From Schmidtea polychroa (Eukaryota), in assembly GCA_044892525.1 (NCBI GenBank), contig CM097885.1, forward strand, positions 39,558,001-39,622,000: a stretch of DNA of 64,000 nt. Reading direction: 5' to 3'. Shown piece after piece: positions 56,301 through 64,000 of the stretch. The position numbers and the translations under genes were made by a program. The notes beneath the pieces were generated by a model. That model saw only the letters and a list, made by a program, of their open reading frames with translations. It was not told the DNA's origin and made no database searches. Numbering within the stretch: position 1 is the first letter of the stretch; every line of letters starts with the position of its first letter.

Positions 56301-59300
56301 ATGTATTTTAAGGCCCTGTGGCCCAATGGATAAGGCGTCTGACTTCGAATCAGAAGATTGCAGGTTCGAGTCCTGCCAGGGTCGTATTATTTTTTGTCAT
56401 TCTTGTTAATTCTAATTTTTAGGCCGTTGCAAGAAACAAGAAAGAAAGATAGATAGATGATATATTATTTTCAAATTTTTGATCGAGGAATCAACTTCAT
56501 CATCATCTATCCTTCGTGATAAAGTTTGAAAATTTCCAAGTTTTTTTTCAACTGTGTTTTAGGTTAATTAAATTGAAAATGTATTTTAAGGCCCTGTGGC
56601 CCAATGGATAAGGCGTCTGACTTCGAATCAGAAGATTGCAGGTTCGAGTCCTGCCAGGGTCGTATTATTTTTTGTCATTCTTGTTAATTCTAATTTTTAG
56701 GCCGTTGCAAGAAACAAGAAAGAAAGATAGATAGATGATATATTATTTTCAAATTTTTGATCGAGGAATCAACTTCATCATCATCTATCCTTCGTGATAA
56801 AGTTTGAAAATTTCCAAGTTTTTTTTCAACTGTGTTTTAGGTTAATTAAATTGAAAATGTATTTTAAGGCCCTGTGGCCCAATGGATAAGGCGTCTGACT
56901 TCGAATCAGAAGATTGCAGGTTCGAGTCCTGCCAGGGTCGTATTATTTTTTGTCATTCTTGTTAATTCTAATTTTTAGGCCGTTGCAAGAAACAAGAAAG
57001 AAAGATAGATAGATGATATATTATTTTCAAATTTTTGATCGAGGAATCAACTTCATCATCATCTATCCTTCGTGATAAAGTTTGAAAATTTCCAAGTTTT
57101 TTTTCAACTGTGTTTTAGGTTAATTAAATTGAAAATGTATTTTAAGGCCCTGTGGCCCAATGGATAAGGCGTCTGACTTCGAATCAGAAGATTGCAGGTT
57201 CGAGTCCTGCCAGGGTCGTATTATTTTTTGTCATTCTTGTTAATTCTAATTTTTAGGCCGTTGCAAGAAACAAGAAAGAAAGATAGATAGATGATATATT
57301 ATTTTCAAATTTTTGATCGAGGAATCAACTTCATCATCATCTATCCTTCGTGATAAAGTTTGAAAATTTCCATGTTTTTTTTCAACTGTGTTTTAGGTTA
57401 ATTAAATTGAAAATGTATTTTAAGGCCCTGTGGCCCAATGGATAAGGCGTCTGACTTCGAATCAGAAGATTGCAGGTTCGAGTCCTGCCAGGGTCGTATT
57501 ATTTTTTGTCATTCTTTTTAATTCTAATTTTTAGGCCGTTGCAAGAAACAAGAAAGAAAGATAGATAGATGATATATTATTTTCAAATTTTTGATCGAGG
57601 AATCAACTTCATCATCATCTATCCTTCGTGATAAAGTTTGAAAATTTCCAAGTTTTTTTTCAACTGTGTTTTAGGTTAATTAAATTGAAAATGTATTTTA
57701 AGGCCCTGTGGCCCAATGGATAAGGCGTCTGACTTCGAATCAGAAGATTGCAGGTTCGAGTCCTGCCAGGGTCGTATTATTTTTTGTCATTCTTGTTAAT
57801 TCTAATTTTTAGGCCGTTGCAAGAAACAAGAAAGAAAGATAGATAGATGATATATTATTTTCAAATTTTTGATCGAGGAATCAACTTCATCATCATCTAT
57901 CCTTCGTGATAAAGTTTGAAAATTTCCAAGTTTTTTTTCAACTGTGTTTTAGGTTAATTAAATTGAAAATGTATTTTAAGGCCCTGTGGCCCAATGGATA
58001 AGGCGTCTGACTTCGAATCAGAAGATTGCAGGTTCGAGTCCTGCCAGGGTCGTATTATTTTTTGTCATTCTTGTTAATTCTAATTTTTAGGCCGTTGCAA
58101 GAAACAAGAAAGAAAGATAGATAGATGATATATTATTTTCAAATTTTTGATCGAGGAATCAACTTCATCATCATCTATCCTTCGTGATAAAGTTTGAAAA
58201 TTTCCAAGTTTTTTTTCAACTGTGTTTTAGGTTAATTAAATTGAAAATGTATTTTAAGGCCCTGTGGCCCAATGGATAAGGCGTCTGACTTCGAATCAGA
58301 AGATTGCAGGTTCGAGTCCTGCCAGGGTCGTATTATTTTTTGTCATTCTTTTTAATTCTAATTTTTAGGCCGTTGCAAGAAACAAGAAAGAAAGATAGAT
58401 AGATGATATATTATTTTCAAATTTTTGATCGAGGAATCAACTTCATCATCATCTATCCTTCGTGATAAAGTTTGAAAATTTCCAAGTTTTTTTTCAACTG
58501 TGTTTTAGGTTAATTAAATTGAAAATGTATTTTAAGGCCCTGTGGCCCAATGGATAAGGCGTCTGACTTCGAATCAGAAGATTGCAGGTTCGAGTCCTGC
58601 CAGGGTCGTATTATTTTTTGTCATTCTTGTTAATTCTAATTTTTAGGCCGTTGCAAGAAACAAGAAAGAAAGATAGATAGATGATATATTATTTTCAAAT
58701 TTTTGATCGAGGAATCAACTTCATCATCATCTATCCTTCGTGATAAAGTTTGAAAATTTCCAAGTTTTTTTTCAACTGTGTTTTAGGTTAATTAAATTGA
58801 AAATGTATTTTAAGGCCCTGTGGCCCAATGGATAAGGCGTCTGACTTCGAATCAGAAGATTGCAGGTTCGAGTCCTGCCAGGGTCGTATTATTTTTTGTC
58901 ATTCTTGTTAATTCTAATTTTTAGGCCGTTGCAAGAAACAAGAAAGAAAGATAGATAGATGATATATTATTTTCAAATTTTTGATCGAGGAATCAACTTC
59001 ATCATCATCTATCCTTCGTGATAAAGTTTGAAAATTTCCAAGTTTTTTTTCAACTGTGTTTTAGGTTAATTAAATTGAAAATGTATTTTAAGGCCCTGTG
59101 GCCCAATGGATAAGGCGTCTGACTTCGAATCAGAAGATTGCAGGTTCGAGTCCTGCCAGGGTCGTATTATTTTTTGTCATTCTTGTTAATTCTAATTTTT
59201 AGGCCGTTGCAAGAAACAAGAAAGAAAGATAGATAGATGATATATTATTTTCAAATTTTTGATCGAGGAATCAACTTCATCATCATCTATCCTTCGTGAT

Positions 59301-62300
59301 AAAGTTTGAAAATTTCCAAGTTTTTTTTCAACTGTGTTTTAGGTTAATTAAATTGAAAATGTATTTTAAGGCCCTGTGGCCCAATGGATAAGGTGTCTGA
59401 CTTCGAATCAGAAGATTGCAGGTTCGAGTCCTGCCAGGGTCGTATTATTTTTTGTCATTCTTGTTAATTCTAATTTTTAGGCCGTTGCAAGAAACAAGAA
59501 AGAAAGATAGATAGATGATATATTATTTTCAAATTTTTGATCGAGGAATCAACTTCATCATCATCTATCCTTCGTGATAAAGTTTGAAAATTTCCAAGTT
59601 TTTTTTCAACTGTGTTTTAGGTTAATTAAATTGAAAATGTATTTTAAGGCCCTGTGGCCCAATGGATAAGGCGTCTGACTTCGAATCAGAAGATTGCAGG
59701 TTCGAGTCCTGCCAGGGTCGTATTATTTTTTGTCATTCTTGTTAATTCTAATTTTTAGGCCGTTGCAAGAAACAAGAAAGAAAGATAGATAGATGATATA
59801 TTATTTTCAAATTTTTGATCGAGGAATCAACTTCATCATCATCTATCCTTCGTGATAAAGTTTGAAAATTTCCAAGTTTTTTTTCAACTGTGTTTTAGGT
59901 TAATTAAATTGAAAATGTATTTTAAGGCCCTGTGGCCCAATGGATAAGGCGTCTGACTTCGAATCAGAAGATTGCAGGTTCGAGTCCTGCCAGGGTCGTA
60001 TTATTTTTGTCATTCTTGTTAATTCTAATTTTTAGGCCGTTGCAAGAAACAAGAAAGAAAGATAGATAGATGATATATTATTTTCAAATTTTTGATCGAG
60101 GAATCAACTTCATCATCATCTATCCTTCGTGATAAAGTTTGAAAATTTCCAAGTTTTTTTTCAACTGTGTTTTAGGTTAATTAAATTGAAAATGTATTTT
60201 AAGGCCCTGTGGCCCAATGGATAAGGCGTCTCACTTCGAATCAGAAGATTGCAGGTTCGAGTCCTGCCAGGGTCGTATTATTTTTTGTCATTCTTGTTAA
60301 TTCTAATTTTTAGGCCGTTGCAAGAAACAAGAAAGAAAGATAGATAGATGATATATTATTTTCAAATTTTTGATCGAGGAATCAACTTCATCATCATCTA
60401 TCCTTCGTGATAAAGTTTGAAAATTTCCAAGTTTTTTTTCAACTGTGTTTTAGGTTAATTAAATTGAAAATGTATTTTAAGGCCCTGTGGCCCAATGGAT
60501 AAGGGCGTCTGACTTCGAATCAGAAGATTGCAGGTTCGAGTCCTGCCAGGGTCGTATTATTTTTTGTCATTCTTGTTAATTCTAATTTTTAGGGCCGTTG
60601 CAAGAAACAAGAAAGAAAGATAGATAGATGATATATTATTTTCAAATTTTTGATCGAGGAATCAACTTCATCATCATCTATCCTTCGTGATAAAGTTTGA
60701 AAATTTCCAAGTTTTTTTTCAACTGTGTTTTAGGTTAATTAAATTGAAAATGTATTTTAAGGCCCTGTGGCCCAATGGATAAGGCGTCTCACTTCGAATC
60801 AGAAGATTGCAGGTTCGAGTCCTGCCAGGGTCGTATTATTTTTTGTCATTCTTGTTAATTCTAATTTTTAGGCCGTTGCAAGAAACAAGAAAGAAAGATA
60901 GATAGATGATATATTATTTTCAAATTTTTGATCGAGGAATCAACTTCATCATCATCTATCCTTCGTGATAAAGTTTGAAAATTTCCAAGTTTTTTTTCAA
61001 CTGTGTTTTAGGTTAATTAAATTGAAAATGTATTTTAAGGCCCTGTGGCCCAATGGATAAGGCGTCTGACTTCGAATCAGAAGATTGCAGGTTCGAGTCC
61101 TGCCAGGGTCGTATTATTTTTTGTCATTCTTGTTAATTCTAATTTTTAGGCCGTTGCAAGAAACAAGAAAGAAAGATAGATAGATGATATATTATTTTCA
61201 AATTTTTGATCGAGGAATCAACTTCATCATCATCTATCCTTCGTGATAAAGTTTGAAAATTTCCAAGTTTTTTTTCAACTGTGTTTTAGGTTAATTAAAT
61301 TGAAAATGTATTTTAAGGCCCTGTGGCCCAATGGATAAGGCGTCTGACTTCGAATCAGAAGATTGCAGGTTCGAGTCCTGCCAGGGTCGTATTATTTTTT
61401 GTCATTCTTGTTAATTCTAATTTTTAGGCCGTTGCAAGAAACAAGAAAGAAAGATAGATAGATGATATATTATTTTCAAATTTTTGATCGAGGAATCAAC
61501 TTCATCATCATCTATCCTTCGTGATAAAGTTTGAAAATTTCCAAGTTTTTTTTCAACTGTGTTTTAGGTTAATTAAATTGAAAATGTATTTTAAGGCCCT
61601 GTGGCCCAATGGATAAGGCGTCTGACTTCGAATCAGAAGATTGCAGGTTCGAGTCCTGCCAGGGTCGTATTATTTTTTGTCATTCTTGTTAATTCTAATT
61701 TTTAGGCCGTTGCAAGAAACAAGAAAGAAAGATAGATAGATGATATATTATTTTCAAATTTTTGATCGAGGAATCAACTTCATCATCATCTATCCTTCGT
61801 GATAAAGTTTGAAAATTTCCAAGTTTTTTTTCAACTGTGTTTTAGGTTAATTAAATTGAAAATGTATTTTAAGGCCCTGTGGCCCAATGGATAAGGTGTC
61901 TGACTTCGAATCAGAAGATTGCAGGTTCGAGTCCTGCCAGGGTCGTATTATTTTTTGTCATTCTTGTTAATTCTAATTTTTAGGCCGTTGCAAGAAACAA
62001 GAAAGAAAGATAGATAGATGATATATTATTTTCAAATTTTTGATCGAGGAATCAACTTCATCATCATCTATCCTTCGTGATAAAGTTTGAAAATTTCCAA
62101 GTTTTTTTTCAACTGTGTTTTAGGTTAATTAAATTGAAAATGTATTTTAAGGCCCTGTGGCCCAATGGATAAGGCGTCTGACTTCGAATCAGAAGATTGC
62201 AGGTTCGAGTCCTGCCAGGGTCGTATTATTTTTTGTCATTCTTGTTAATTCTAATTTTTAGGCCGTTGCAAGAAACAAGAAAGAAAGATAGATAGATGAT

Positions 62301-63818
62301 ATATTATTTTCAAATTTTTGATCGAGGAATCAACTTCATCATCATCTATCCTTCGTGATAAAGTTTGAAAATTTCCAAGTTTTTTTTCAACTGTGTTTTA
62401 GGTTAATTAAATTGAAAATGTATTTTAAGGCCCTGTGGCCCAATGGATAAGGCGTCTGACTTCGAATCAGAAGATTGCAGGTTCGAGTCCTGCCAGGGTC
62501 GTATTATTTTTTGTCATTCTTGTTAATTCTAATTTTTAGGCCGTTGCAAGAAACAAGAAAGAAAGATAGATAGATGATATATTATTTTCAAATTTTTGAT
62601 CGAGGAATCAACTTCATCATCATCTATCCTTCGTGATAAAGTTTGAAAATTTCCAAGTTTTTTTTCAACTGTGTTTTAGGTTAATTAAATTGAAAATGTA
62701 TTTTAAGGCCCTGTGGCCCAATGGATAAGGCGTCTGACTTCGAATCAGAAGATTGCAGGTTCGAGTCCTGCCAGGGTCGTATTATTTTTTGTCATTCTTG
62801 TTAATTCTAATTTTTAGGCCGTTGCAAGAAACAAGAAAGAAAGATAGATAGATGATATATTATTTTCAAATTTTTGATCGAGGAATCAACTTCATCATCA
62901 TCTATCCTTCGTGATAAAGTTTGAAAATTTCCAAGTTTTTTTTCAACTGTGTTTTAGGTTAATTAAATTGAAAATGTATTTTAAGGCCCTGTGGCCCAAT
63001 GGATAAGGCGTCTGACTTCGAATCAGAAGATTGCAGGTTCGAGTCCTGCCAGGGTCGTATTATTTTTTGTCATTCTTGTTAATTCTAATTTTTAGGCCGT
63101 TGCAAGAAACAAGAAAGAAAGATAGATAGATGATATATTATTTTCAAATTTTTGATCGAGGAATCAACTTCATCATCATCTATCCTTCGTGATAAAGTTT
63201 GAAAATTTCCAAGTTTTTTTTCAACTGTGTTTTAGGTTAATTAAATTGAAAATGTATTTTAAGGCCCTGTGGCCCAATGGATAAGGCGTCTGACTTCGAA
63301 TCAGAAGATTGCAGGTTCGAGTCCTGCCAGGGTCGTATTATTTTTTGTCATTCTTGTTAATTCTAATTTTTAGGCCGTTGCAAGAAACAAGAAAGAAAGA
63401 TAGATAGATGATATATTATTTTCAAATTTTTGATCGAGGAATCAACTTCATCATCATCTATCCTTCGTGATAAAGTTTGAAAATTTCCAAGTTTTTTTTC
63501 AACTGTGTTTTAGGTTAATTAAATTGAAAATGTATTTTAAGGCCCTGTGGCCCAATGGATAAGGCGTCTGACTTCGAATCAGAAGATTGCAGGTTCGAGT
63601 CCTGCCAGGGTCGTATTATTTTTTGTCATTCTTGTTAATTCTAATTTTTAGGCCGTTGCAAGAAACAAGAAAGAAAGATAGATAGATGATATATTATTTT
63701 CAAATTTTTGATCGAGGAATCAACTTCATCATCATCTATCCTTCGTGATAAAGTTTGAAAATTTCCAAGTTTTTTTTCAACTGTGTTTTAGGTTAATTAA
63801 ATTGAAAATGTATTTTAA

Positions 63819-63891
63819 GGCCCTGTGGCCCAATGGATAAGGCGTCTGACTTCGAATCAGAAGATTGCAGGTTCGAGTCCTGCCAGGGTCG
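63819..63891 (+). tRNA. tRNA-Arg-TCG: tRNA-Arg(TCG), last complete copy in the window
   Basis: same sequence as the first copy. Confidence 0.97.
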
Positions 63892-64000
63892 TATTATTTT
63901 TTGTCATTCTTGTTAATTCTAATTTTTAGGCCGTTGCAAGAAACAAGAAAGAAAGATAGATAGATGATATATTATTTTCAAATTTTTGATCGAGGAATCA

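Larger units (their letters stand above)
26054..64000 (+). repeat. tandem array of a 278-bp unit carrying tRNA-Arg(TCG); 136 complete tRNA copies, runs off the window end
   Basis: tRNA starts at 26288, 26566, ... 63819 ((63819-26288)=135x278+1); units nearly identical. Confidence 0.99.

Noticed and set aside
60000..60600. Single-base indels in array units (T6>T5, GG>GGG in the tRNA and spacer)
   Set aside because: All are singletons in homopolymers, so sequencing or consensus error is likely
26054..64000. CRISPR-like repeat-spacer array
   Set aside because: Spacers are identical rather than unique, the conserved part is a eukaryotic tRNA, and no cas genes are present
26054..64000. Tandem tRNA-derived SINE
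   Set aside because: The tRNA is a perfect cloverleaf followed immediately by a Pol III terminator, with no SINE body or tail and no similarity of the spacer to the retroelement 3' UTR

Overview
AT-rich eukaryotic (animal-like) genomic DNA; the ~45-nt introns and the transposon complement suggest a flatworm such as a planarian, but that is inference only. Left part (~2.7-18.2 kb): an intron-split Vps33/Vps33B-like Sec1/Munc18-family gene on the + strand. Its introns hold a complete but decayed Buster/SPIN-type hAT transposon (TIRs plus 8-bp TSD), a mariner remnant, a small MULE, a probable piggyBac MITE, micro- and minisatellites, and an inverted orphan fragment of the tRNA repeat. Middle (18.6-26.05 kb): a second hAT element lacking its 3' end is fused to a 5'-truncated, decayed restriction-like-endonuclease (NeSL/R2-superfamily type) non-LTR retrotransposon. 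The retrotransposon encodes a Ulp1-like protease, apparently two further degenerate Ulp1-like repeats, RT, a CCHC knuckle and RLE. Its 3' end is joined directly to position 45 of a tRNA-Arg(TCG) gene. Right part (26.05-64 kb): a highly homogeneous tandem array of a 278-bp unit with one tRNA-Arg(TCG) gene per unit (136 complete copies, continuing past the window end), in which linked variants define multi-unit higher-order duplications. The most notable system is the candidate tRNA-Arg-targeting retrotransposon together with its amplified tRNA target array.
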